Shown piece after piece: positions 1 to 13,611 of a stretch of 64,000 bases of DNA. The position numbers were made by a program, and so were the translations under genes. This DNA is from Candidatus Bathyarchaeota archaeon (GTDB lineage: Archaea > Thermoproteota > Bathyarchaeia > Bathyarchaeales > Bathycorpusculaceae): positions 512,001-576,000 of the forward strand of contig CAWEPZ010000002.1 in the NCBI GenBank assembly GCA_963811105.1, in the 5' to 3' direction. The notes below the pieces were generated by a model. That model was not told the origin of the DNA and did not search any database. It saw nothing but the letters and a program-made list of their open reading frames with translations. Position 1 is the first letter of the stretch; each line of letters opens with the position of its first letter.

Positions 1-204
1 AATTAGTGAAATATGTCTTAATGATTGTAGAATAGACATCAGACCATTGACCAAGTAAAATAAGCTTAATAATTGACCAAGAATGACCTTTGTTATAGGA
101 TTCGCTTTCCTTTTTATCATCATCAACTATTAAACTTCTTACTTTCCTAGCTAACAGTTCTGATTCACGTTTTGTGCTCATTCCTATCACCTAAGTGAAG
201 CTGA

Positions 205-881
205 TTACTCAAACCAAGCAGTTCTAATGCTCTTCTTTATTACTAGAGAGCTTTCAGGAAGTTTCTGTATCAGATTCATGGTGTCCTGTAACGTAGGTTC
301 TCTTAGCTTATGACAATAGTTGTCATAACCCACGTACACGATAAAAGGGTTAATATCATGAATCCACTTAACGAAAATGGTTACGTCAAAATCTAAGATT
401 GGTTCTATAGACACTATTTTTCTTTTCCAATCAAGTGATTTCATAGCTTCATATCTTTCACTAGGTAAAGGAGCTATTGATATTTTGTCAGTTTGGACAA
501 TTTCATCATTAGTAGTTTCAATAGTTGCTCCTAGTATAGTGTTCATAGGAATAAATGGCAGAAGCTCAAGGTATCTCTTAGGGTTCTTAGTCATAAATAG
601 AAAGTCGGCTTCAGGAAATTGTCTAATGTGGTTTAGAACTTGCTTTATCCAATTGTCAGGAATAAAATCAGCGAACATATCGCCCATATCTGAAACGAAA
701 ATAAGGTCTCCCTTAACAAACTTTGAAGAGAATTCTTTTTCGTTTAAGTTTGGTTTAAAACCTTTAGTGTATCTCTGAGTATTCTTTAGTTTGGTTGTGG
801 CTAATTCTCTTGCCCAACAGTAATTACAGTTGTATAAACATCCGCTAATCGGGTTCAAGTGGCAGTAACGATATTGAACAT
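205..881 (-). pseudogene. DUF5131 (phage Gp37/Gp68-like radical-SAM-like) protein with a 1-nt frameshift near the N-terminus
   Basis: NPISGCLYNCNYCWA (CxxxCxxC), FVSDMGDMF, MTKNPKR and VSIEPIL motifs. The ATG at 881 gives MFNIVTAT, then TGAAC where TGGAAC (W-N) is expected, so one base is missing (real or sequencing error). Confidence 0.75.
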
Positions 882-1202
882 TTTTCCCTTAGTTTTCTTG
901 CTTAGGCTGCTCTCAATCATATTCTTGACTAAAGTCAGATTACGGTTTTTTGCACTAAAGAAACATACTCTTCTTCAGTAATTGATGCAAATTCTCGACT
1001 GGATTTAGGGATGACCAATACCTCTTCAGCGTATTTAGTGATTGTATAGGCATTTAGTTTTTACTCTTATGCTTTCTTGCCATTGGTTAATTACCCGTGG
1101 GATTTTCCTAAAGGAGAATTACTCGTGTGACATAAAACCTCAATTTGTTAAGTTTATAATAGAATAGCCCTAATACAGCATGAATAAGAAGTGAAATAGA
1201 AA

Positions 1203-2060
1203 GTGCCTTCTTTGCCACCGAAATATTGGTATAAAGTTAAACCAACTATACGTTTCTTAAAAGAAGCTTTTCAAACACTAAACAGAAAAGAAATGGAAGC
1301 AGGTATTGGCAAAATCATAGACCGAAAAGAAATAGATCCTTTCATGATAAATGAAGCAGGTCAATTCTTAAGACTTTCAATAATAAATTTGTTGGCTTAC
1401 AAACACTTAGTCTGTGGAAACTACCTTGCTTGGGGACGTGTTACAATCTATTATAGTCAGTTCTATCTAGCCAGTTGTCTTCTTAGGTTGAGAGGATTTG
1501 CTCTAACTCATTTAGATTTTGTGGATGATGGTAGTTCTTTAGTAATAAGTTTTGAAAAACTCAGGGACAAACCTCACTATTTTATCAATACTTGTAAAAG
1601 CAGTGGTCATGAGATGGTTTGGACCAATTTTGCAAAGTTTTATCCAGAACTAGGTTATGAAGATTTAGGGAAATATTTCATTAAAGAAAGGAATGATTGG
1701 AACTATGACTTATTTTTTGCTTCCCAAACTACAAATGATTATGCTGTAAAGGAAGCAAAAAAAAGATGTGAAAATAATTTTCTTGATCCAAACTTCGGTC
1801 AATTTGACAATCCTGAAGCTCAAGAATATTTTCATGATCTCATCACAGGAATTGGTTTAGAAGAAGCTGGAACTGGCGAATATCAGAAATATGCAATTAA
1901 ATGCCTAACTGAAGTAGGAAAAAATTCTAAAAACAAAATATGGTATAACGGTCTGTTGGTTGATATTCTTCAAGACATAGAAGTAATACAATCCTCTAAA
2001 GATACAAAAGAAGAGGTCTCTAAATGGCTATTTGATGCCAAAGCAGAGATGGACAAGTGA
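1203..2060 (+). CDS. Hypothetical protein with HEPN-like motifs
   Basis: 285-aa ORF; YYSQFY...GH...ERNDWNY resembles the HEPN YYxxF and RxxxxY pattern. Confidence 0.5.
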   Translation: MPSLPPKYWYKVKPTIRFLKEAFQTLNRKEMEAGIGKIIDRKEIDPFMINEAGQFLRLSIINLLAYKHLVCGNYLAWGRVTIYYSQFYLASCLLRLRGFALTHLDFVDDGSSLVISFEKLRDKPHYFINTCKSSGHEMVWTNFAKFYPELGYEDLGKYFIKERNDWNYDLFFASQTTNDYAVKEAKKRCENNFLDPNFGQFDNPEAQEYFHDLITGIGLEEAGTGEYQKYAIKCLTEVGKNSKNKIWYNGLLVDILQDIEVIQSSKDTKEEVSKWLFDAKAEMDK

Positions 2061-2089
2061 AGAAATTAAATTGTTGATTGCATCTCGCT

Positions 2090-2480
2090 ACATGCTTTTG
2101 CTAAAGATATAACTCGGTGATGGTCTGCTTTGAGAATTTTTATTGTTCGTTGATTTTCGTTAATTCTTCAATATTCTCCTTTTCTAACTACTTTGATCAT
2201 TGAGAACAAATTCTTTCTCTCTTGAGTAAGCCATAATCATATCTCAATATCTCTGATGGCAAAACTCAATCTTTTCTTCCAATAAACCTGATGGAACTAG
2301 AGTGTCCACAGTGTCAGTTATTCTGAAGAATATGGTCCATAATGATGTGGTTCGAACTCAAAATTGAAATCAATTTTCTCTTCAATTCAAAATACAGATG
2401 TCTTTTAGAATTCTATTAGAAGATTGACATCATCATCATAGAAACCAAAAAAAGAAATCAGTAATTCAATATCCTTTCTT
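2090..2480 (-). pseudogene. Decayed YwgA/Panacea(SocA)-like winged-helix protein
   Basis: Fragments across frames read NRILKDICIL...FNFEFEPHHYGPYSSE...VDTLVPSGLLEE...RYDYGL, with several stops and frameshifts; boundaries approximate. Confidence 0.5.
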
Positions 2481-2501
2481 TAATCAATTTTTATTTCTCC
2501 T

Positions 2502-2807
2502 TCAACTATTTTCTTCATTATCTTTCATTCTCTTACAATCAATGTTTTTTATAATTGTCGGTTTGACATAGACTTTCAAGATGTTCTTGGCTTTAATTAC
2601 ACTAACAATATCTGACTTGTCACGTAGGAGAATTTCTTGCTCATTTGTGTTCTGGTTGCTTAAGTATATCTCACGAGGAGTCTTGCTTTTTATAATGTCA
2701 CAAATTGCTAATACTTTTCGATCTTTAATTCCTCTGCCAGCTTTAACGTGATTTTTCAGACAATTCATCAAGGTTTCCTCTAAATTAGCTAAAAAATCTG
2801 GAGTCAT
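2502..2807 (-). pseudogene. Fragment of a hypothetical protein, possibly the C-terminus of an HD phosphohydrolase
   Basis: The frame stays open upstream of the ATG. It sits directly before the YwgA-like remnant, an arrangement known for HD-YwgA pairs. No HD motif is visible. Confidence 0.3.
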
Positions 2808-3176
2808 TTTATAATTTTTCTCATTAAGTTCTCTTTCTAATTTGGTAAGATATAATTTTCTTGCATTTTCAAGTGCTAAGAGATCTACTACTTTTTGCTC
2901 ATTTTTTCTAATTGAAACATGTTCGTATTTGTGTAAATGAAGTCTAATTGAAACATTTCTTTTATTTTGGATTGATAGAAAGCAAGAAAATTTTCAAGCA
3001 TTTTTTCAGATATTCTAGATTACAAAAAGTAACTAAATCGTATATGCTTTTATAGATTACAATGAATAATTCAACATAAAAAGACAAGTTAGTTAAATCT
3101 AACTTAATATGCAAGTAGAGAGATTATTTCTACACTATTAAACATATGATTTAAGAAGTGATTCAAGTCAAAACTG

Positions 3177-5804
<2,628 letters not shown>

Positions 5805-5815
5805 CAGTGATTATA

Positions 5816-7695
<1,880 letters not shown>

Positions 7696-8027
7696 CCATG
7701 CTTTAACTACTGAGTACTTAAGCGATAAATTGGATATGTGCAGACTAAGCTTAAAATGCTGACTTTCAGAGTTAGAGGCGACTCTTGTTTTGATAGCTCT
7801 CTACGATAAAAACGCTGGATACGATAAAATAATCGGCTAGTCTTTGAAAGATGACTTTATTGAATTAATCTAGAGTATTTGAGACTTACTACTAACCTTG
7901 CTGGAGACTAAAGAACTAATTCTGTCTGAGGAGTTGGCTAAAGAGTTGGAAGAGATGCTCTAACACTATTAGATTCTCTATACTATAGGTATAACTTTTG
8001 CTTGACTATGTAACGATGTAACTATTC

Positions 8028-9021
8028 TTGAGATTTTTTGGAAATTTTGGAAGGGATTTAGGAAATCCAGAAAGAAGATTTACAGATAATCCATTTGAGA
8101 TAATCTTATTTATCGAAGAATGTACTATATACAAAAAGCCTGCTTTTATTAGCGTTCAACCAGAAAAAGACAAAGCAAAGCTATTGGGAATTGAAAAACT
8201 CTTCTTTGACTTTGATTATGGCTAGAATAGCGATATTATACCAGAAAAGGAAATTGAAAAACGGTAAACAGAACTAAAAGATGAAGTAAAATTTTTTCTT
8301 AGGCACTCTACATCTAAACTAAAACCTCTCGCGATTAGAACAGGAGAGGATATCTGTGCTTTTTCTTCGATGACGTATACCAGATTAATCGAGAATTGGA
8401 GTTTTGGAAAAGAGTCTATAAACAGCTTCAATTACGTTTCATTCAAGGTCAGAACTATAGATACATGGATTCCGCAGTTATTGGAGATATAAACCGTTTA
8501 TGTCGTATTCCTCTGTCTATTCATGAAAAATCTGGTGAAGAATGCATAATTGTAAACAATCAATTAGAGCAAGACAAAGTAAGAAGCATTGAATATCATA
8601 GGCTCTATGGGCTAAAGCAGATGGATATTAAACTTGCAATTAATAACGTAAGAAATCTGGAGAATTTCATCGAGAAAGAAGCAACAAGCTATCCAATAAG
8701 GCATCAAGCGTAAACGGCACTAACGGAATCAGACCGTGTTTTAAGAAAGCCATGGATACTGGTGAAATGTGCCATACTCAACGGTTAGCCCTACTTCTCG
8801 AAGCTTATTGCGCAGGGCATACAGAGCCTAATAGCTTGGTAGATATTTTCAGGTGCTTTAATGATTTTGATGAGAACAAGACACGTTACCAAGTAGACTA
8901 CTTTTTCAAAAATACAGTTGCCAAAGGTAATGTTAGACCATATAGATGTGGAAAGATAGCTGAGAAAGATTGGTGTTTGGAGGAAAGTTGTCCTTTACTT
9001 AAAAAACAAGTAAAAGTGTAG
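8028..9021 (+). pseudogene. Archaeo-eukaryotic primase: PriS catalytic domain fused to a PriL-type C-terminal Fe-S domain, disrupted
   Basis: AEP motifs FFDFD, RT..RGY and GDINRLCRIPLSIHEKSG. These are followed by GIRPCF...HTQRLAL...DFDENKTRYQVDY...PYRCGKI...WCLEESCP, with the four PriL-CTD cysteines. Two in-frame stops and at least two frameshifts. Confidence 0.75.
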
Positions 9022-9126
9022 CTCACGGTTTTTCGAATTCAGAAAGAGTAAAATGAAGTATAAATAGAGACCTTCTCGTGACATTGTGTGTCTATCCTAT
9101 TATCTTTTTTGAAAGCAATAACAGAG

Positions 9127-10049
9127 TGTTCTATCTAGAAAATGGGCTACACTTTGTCTTTGAGGTATATTTCTGCTGGCGTTAAATAGTTTATTCCTTC
9201 GTGTGGTCTTGTGTAGTTGTAGTAGCGTATGAAACTCCAGTGCTCATTGAACAGGTGAGATTCACTTCTGGTATGCTTTATGGAAAGCTTCAATTTTGCC
9301 ACAGGTTGTAGGCCTGCGAACACTTGCAGTGATATGCTCAATACCCAGCTCAGATGCAGTGTATATCAAACGCTGAGATTTCTCCTCTTGCAGGCTTAAA
9401 CTGTGTTCCCTGATCCGTAAGAATCTGCTTTGGAACACCATACCGTTTAACAGCTCTATCAAGAAGCAACATAGCATTTTCTCCGGTTGGACTCTAAATC
9501 TTAACTGAACCAGTAATGAACCTTGAATGGTCATCTTGGTAACTAATCATCCAATAATCATCATTGCAGAGCTTAAAATCCGCTTGCCAAAGGCTGTTGT
9601 AATGTTCTCTTTGGAAACGCTTAGTTCCCCAAGTCTTTCTAGGATGAAGTTATAGGGTGGTTTAAGCCAGCTTCACAGATGATGCGGTAAACTTGGTTAT
9701 GGTCTATCGATGCAGCCTTTAAGTTTAAGGCAACCGGCGATCTTTCTTAGGTCCCCATTCATAGCGCTTGCGTAGTTTGATTACTTTATTTTTGATAAAA
9801 TCGTCTGGTTCATAACCAGTTGGACGACCTTTAGGTTTCTCTTCTAGACCCTTCCAACCTTGGGTTTGGTAACGGTTCCACCAGCGGTAAAACATCTTCC
9901 TGTCAATTTGAGCTTCGGAGCAGATGTCAGTAACTGATCTACCTTCCAGCTTTCGTTTGATGATCCATTTTCTAAGCTTTTCCCAATCTCGATCCAAACA
10001 AGCACTCCCCCGATTTTGGAAGAGTGTAGCCTATTTAAAAGATAGAACA
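9127..10049 (-). mobile_element. IS481-family insertion sequence, 923 bp
   Basis: TGT...ACA ends; 27-bp terminal inverted repeats matching at 23/27 (TGTTCTATCTAGAAAATGGGCTACACT vs TGTTCTATCTTTTAAATAGGCTACACT); direct repeat AAAGCAATAACAGAG at 9112-9126 and 10050-10064. Confidence 0.88.
9147..9997 (-). pseudogene. IS481-family DDE transposase, frameshifted
   Basis: N-terminal HTH (FYRWWNRY...GRP); rve core fragments LWQADFK, PTTCGKIEAFH and YNYTRPHEGI split over several frames. Confidence 0.85.
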
Positions 10050-10100
10050 AAAGCAATAACAGAGGGCAAAAAGCGCATTGAGCAAAAAGACAATCTTGAA

Positions 10101-10520
10101 CTATTGTGTTCTTTCCAAGAATTTAATAGCAGATTCGCAGACGGTTTTTATATCGTTAGCTTCTTCTAACGGCGGTTCAATTCTCCATAATCTTGATTCA
10201 TGTGCTACATCATTTCGTTTACCTTGAAGTTCTCTTAATTTTTCAAATTCACCATCATTTAACAATTTGAAATTTCTGCAATTTCTTAAGGAAGCATCGA
10301 AGCTAAGATCTTTGAAAACAAGAGCTATCTTTTTCCAATTTTCTTCTGTTTGTTGGTTCCTATTTTCTGTTACCCAATTAATGAGTAAAGTCTTCAGCCG
10401 AATTCCTGCATAAATGTGCGCAATCAGTAATGCAAGATGATACTCTTTGTTTTTAATAAACGAACGAATTCTTTTTCTTGCATATTGTGTTGTTTCTTCT
10501 CTTCCGCTTGAATCTCCCAA
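10101..10520 (-). CDS. Small HEPN-like protein
   Basis: 139-aa helical ORF with RNDVAH (RxxxxH) near the C-terminus. Confidence 0.55.
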   Translation of the reverse strand: MGDSSGREETTQYARKRIRSFIKNKEYHLALLIAHIYAGIRLKTLLINWVTENRNQQTEENWKKIALVFKDLSFDASLRNCRNFKLLNDGEFEKLRELQGKRNDVAHESRLWRIEPPLEEANDIKTVCESAIKFLERTQ

Positions 10521-10747
10521 TTTTAATCGCCTTGAGCAGCTATTCCTGTATTAATATAAATAGTTAAGCACAGGGCAAAAAAGCGCAACCAAAAGGCAAG
10601 ACAGAAAAATCAAACAGGGTTATCTTGGAGCTAAAGAGTTAACGGTAGACCTTTTTAAGGGGTTGGGCGTACCTACCCACCATCTTATTATAAATACTTT
10701 TAAACAGAAAACATGTTACTATGCCTAGTACATAGGCTGAACTCTAA

Positions 10748-11551
10748 ATGCCCCACGTGGAACATGATGTTTTCAAGAGACCTGCAAATCAAGATATCAA
10801 AATTTGGCGATATATGGATTTCACGAAATTCGTTTCACTTATGGATAAGAAGACATTATTCTTCACAAAAGTTAGCCATTTAGAGGATAAATTTGAAGGC
10901 TCACTATCAAAAGTGATTATTGACCCAAAATTAATTGAGCAAATGGCTTTTGAAAGAAAGGTTGCGGTAGAAGTTGTTAAGAAAGAACTAGACTTTCTTC
11001 CGCTGAAAGCTCCCATACCAATTAAACTTCTTAGAGAACATACGTTTGTGAATTCGTGGCACATGAATGAGTATGAATCTGCGGCTATGTGGAAGTTATA
11101 TTTGAAGAGCGAAGATGGAATTGCCATTCAATCAACTTATCAAAAACTCGCTGACAGCTTCAAGAACTATGATGAAGGAGAAGTTTTCATTGGAGAAGTA
11201 AGTTACATAGACTATGAGAAAGACACTATGATTTGGGGAAATATTTTCTATCCCTTCATTAATAAAAGAAAGAGCTTTGAGCATGAAAGAGAATTGAGGG
11301 CTATAACACTCTATTTTCCTGAAGCTTTTCAGGTTATGAAAGAAGATGGGGTTCCAGAGCCAAAAGTTAGAGCTATAGTCTCCAAAAATGGACTAGATAT
11401 ACCGATTGATTTAGAGATGTTAGTAGAAACAATCTACATCTCTCCAACAGCTGAAAATTGGTTTGAGGAATTAGTAAGGTCTATTGTCAAAAAATATGAT
11501 TTCAATAAGACGGTTGTTAAGTCCTCTTTGGCAAATGACCCTATCTTTTAG
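10748..11551 (+). CDS. DUF2971-family protein
   Basis: IWRYMDFTKF, EDKFEG, SWH..ESAAMWKLY and KRKSFEHERELR motifs. Confidence 0.75.
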   Translation: MPHVEHDVFKRPANQDIKIWRYMDFTKFVSLMDKKTLFFTKVSHLEDKFEGSLSKVIIDPKLIEQMAFERKVAVEVVKKELDFLPLKAPIPIKLLREHTFVNSWHMNEYESAAMWKLYLKSEDGIAIQSTYQKLADSFKNYDEGEVFIGEVSYIDYEKDTMIWGNIFYPFINKRKSFEHERELRAITLYFPEAFQVMKEDGVPEPKVRAIVSKNGLDIPIDLEMLVETIYISPTAENWFEELVRSIVKKYDFNKTVVKSSLANDPIF

Positions 11552-11616
11552 ACTTGCTTTACACTTTATCTCAGGTTAGGTGTATGCCCTCAGTTAAAGG
11601 AAAAGGTAGAAGATAG

Positions 11617-11913
11617 TTAGTCTTGTTCTTCATCTAGCTCTTCGGGGAACAATATATCCGAAAAGTCACCATCTGTATCAATTCCCATAAGACCATCTCC
11701 CTGTGACGTTTCCGTGTTGTCTTCTTTTTCTTCAAAATATATATCGGTAGTTTCAGACGGTTTACTATTAAAGATTCCACAAAAAAACTTAACGCCAACT
11801 AATATGATTAGAATTAGAAAAGATATGAGAAAAAAGCCGATGATGAAGACTAAAAGGTCAATCATGCGTTCACCTAATAGAGTGTTTTTGGCTTGTTTAG
11901 GCAGTATCCCCAA
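11617..11913 (-). CDS. Small membrane protein with an acidic tail; true start probably the downstream MIDLL
   Basis: One hydrophobic segment, then a D/E-rich C-terminus; overlaps the integrase stop region. Confidence 0.45.
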   Translation of the reverse strand: MGILPKQAKNTLLGERMIDLLVFIIGFFLISFLILIILVGVKFFCGIFNSKPSETTDIYFEEKEDNTETSQGDGLMGIDTDGDFSDILFPEELDEEQD

Positions 11914-12791
11914 TCCGTCTTGGTCACCAAACTGTAACCCTCAGAAAGATACTTTGTTAGTTCCGTTTTATCTCCAGCGTAGACCACATCAAATTCATTT
12001 GATTTAATCCATGATTTAACGATGTGAACATACTTCAAAGTGTTGTTGATATTACAATGCCTTGCAAATCTTTGCGTTTCCACTATGTCTTTTGTCTTAA
12101 AGTAATGCCAAGAAATAGCATAATGCCTGAAGGTGTGAAAATGAATTTTAAGGAAATCTTGGTTACCAGTTTCTTTAGCTAATCGTTGTCTGTAATCATC
12201 TATTGAATCGTTAATATTCTCTGGGTCTTTGATGTTCCAGAATATTCTCTCGCCATTCTTTTGAACTTGCAATAACAAAACGATTAGTTCATCACTTAAA
12301 CTGTAGGTAAAGGTTCTGTGTCCTTTGTTACCAATGATTGTTAATGTTTTGTTTTGTGCATTGAATTCTTTCCAAGTTAATCGCCATAATTCACCAGCAC
12401 TTGCACCTGTTTCAACAGCTATTTTGATTCTTGCTCTAACCATTAAACTACGTACTCTGTAGAGAAATTGCTTAACCATTTCAGGGTTAGGAACATACAT
12501 TTCTTTGTTATCATAGACTCTGAATCTGGTTTTCTCTATTTCTACGCCCAAAAATTCAGCATATTGATAAACCATGTCCAATGCATTCTTTTTGCTCTTG
12601 TCTACCCATTTACTACTTAGAATCTGCGTAACCATTTCATTAGGAGTGCCATGCAAAATATTGAAGTATCTAAGTTTGCGTTGTATCGTTGATTCTCTGT
12701 TTCCACGATGCAAAAGCCAAATTCCAAATTTTATTAAACAATCTACTTCGGGGGGTTGCTGAATAGTGCCGGGGGTGGGACTTGAACCCAC
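11874..12791 (-). CDS. Tyrosine recombinase/integrase, SSV-type C-terminal fragment overlapping the tRNA att site
   Basis: TGASAGE (Arg1 position is Ser), K, HTFR and RH...TLKY motifs; the N-terminal GSSPTPGT is encoded by the tRNA T-arm and acceptor stem. Confidence 0.85.
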   Translation of the reverse strand: MGSSPTPGTIQQPPEVDCLIKFGIWLLHRGNRESTIQRKLRYFNILHGTPNEMVTQILSSKWVDKSKKNALDMVYQYAEFLGVEIEKTRFRVYDNKEMYVPNPEMVKQFLYRVRSLMVRARIKIAVETGASAGELWRLTWKEFNAQNKTLTIIGNKGHRTFTYSLSDELIVLLLQVQKNGERIFWNIKDPENINDSIDDYRQRLAKETGNQDFLKIHFHTFRHYAISWHYFKTKDIVETQRFARHCNINNTLKYVHIVKSWIKSNEFDVVYAGDKTELTKYLSEGYSLVTKTDWGYCLNKPKTLY

Positions 12792-12885
12792 GAAGGCCTG
12801 CGCCAGAGGATCTTAAGTCCTCCTCCATATCTTAGGCAATCAAATTATCTGGCCGCCTATTTAGACCTGGCTCGGATACCCCGGC
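12767..12885 (-). tRNA. tRNA-Leu(TAA) with a 34-nt intron at non-canonical position 22/23 (intron about 12827-12860)
   Basis: GCCGGGG/CCCCGGC acceptor stem, GAGGA-CTTAAGA-TCCTC anticodon arm, long variable arm and GTGGG-TTCAAGT-CCCAC T-arm. The intron hairpin TAGGCGG...TTGCCTA has a BHB-like junction. Confidence 0.92.
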
Positions 12886-13010
12886 ACCAGCACCGTAACT
12901 GATTACAGGGTATTGTTTAAGTTTTTTGCATGCAATTTACTTGGTTATATCTTTTCTTGTGGCTTAAAGGTGACAACATAACATTATATTCAACGCTGAG
13001 AGAGTAGTAT

Positions 13011-13156
13011 TTGCCAGTTGAGGAACACGCTCTACGGTAACACTGAGCTGAACTTTAAGAGGCTGCTAAGCTTTTCTGAGATAATATCAAAGTGAGGTTT
13101 GTGTAAGTGCTTACAGGCAGACGGTGAATGCTGTGGGGTTTAGGCTTAACTGGCAG
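13011..13156 (+). ncRNA. Candidate structured ncRNA of unknown family
   Basis: 11-bp closing stem TGCCAGTTGAG/CTTAACTGGCA and three internal hairpins. G-U wobbles work only on the + strand. A TATA-like ATTATAT lies about 25 nt upstream and a T-rich tract follows. Confidence 0.5.
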
Positions 13157-13271
13157 TTTAATATTTTTAAGAGTCAGCCTTTTGGATACCTCATAAACAC
13201 CGTTTTTCTTGAAATTCTGCTATGCTTATATGTACCGAATGGTGTATTCTGTTTTTGAGGCGATAAAAAAG

Positions 13272-13550
13272 ATGCCCGCTATAGAAGTCGGCAGAATATG
13301 CGTAAAACAAGTCGGAAGAGATAACGGCAAAAAATGCGTTGTAATAGACGTAATGGACAAAAGCTTTGTCTTAGTAACTGGCCCAAAAAAGATTACTGGA
13401 CTAAAACGTAGACGCGTCAACATTAATCATATCATGCCTCTCAAAGATAAAATCGACGTAAAACGTGGCGCTTCGGACGAAGAGGTCGCCCAAGCTTTAG
13501 AGGCAACAGGTAAAATGCAGGAAATGACGCAGACCGTTAAAACTCCGTAA
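13272..13550 (+). CDS. rpl14e: 50S ribosomal protein L14e
   Basis: [32 protein letters not shown]...RRRVNI.H; start moved from the ORF-track position 13209 to the ATG at 13272. Confidence 0.95.
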   Translation: MPAIEVGRICVKQVGRDNGKKCVVIDVMDKSFVLVTGPKKITGLKRRRVNINHIMPLKDKIDVKRGASDEEVAQALEATGKMQEMTQTVKTP

Positions 13551-13611
13551 TTTTAAACCTTAATTAACTCTTATTCTTTTTCTTTAAATAATCAGGAGAA
13601 AAAACCCGCAG

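Noticed and set aside
8223-8270. Stop-codon recoding (Pyl/Sec) in the primase gene
   Set aside because: The disruptions mix TAG, TAA and frameshifts, which indicates decay or sequence error rather than recoding.
13011-13156. 5S rRNA, SRP RNA or RNase P RNA identity for the structured region
   Set aside because: It lacks the hallmark motifs (5S CCGAAC-type loop, SRP helix 8, RNase P GAGGAAAGUCC) and is too short for SRP or RNase P.
13209-13271. N-terminal extension of L14e in the ORF track
   Set aside because: Similarity to L14e begins at MPAIEVGR (13272); the upstream TTG start is probably spurious.
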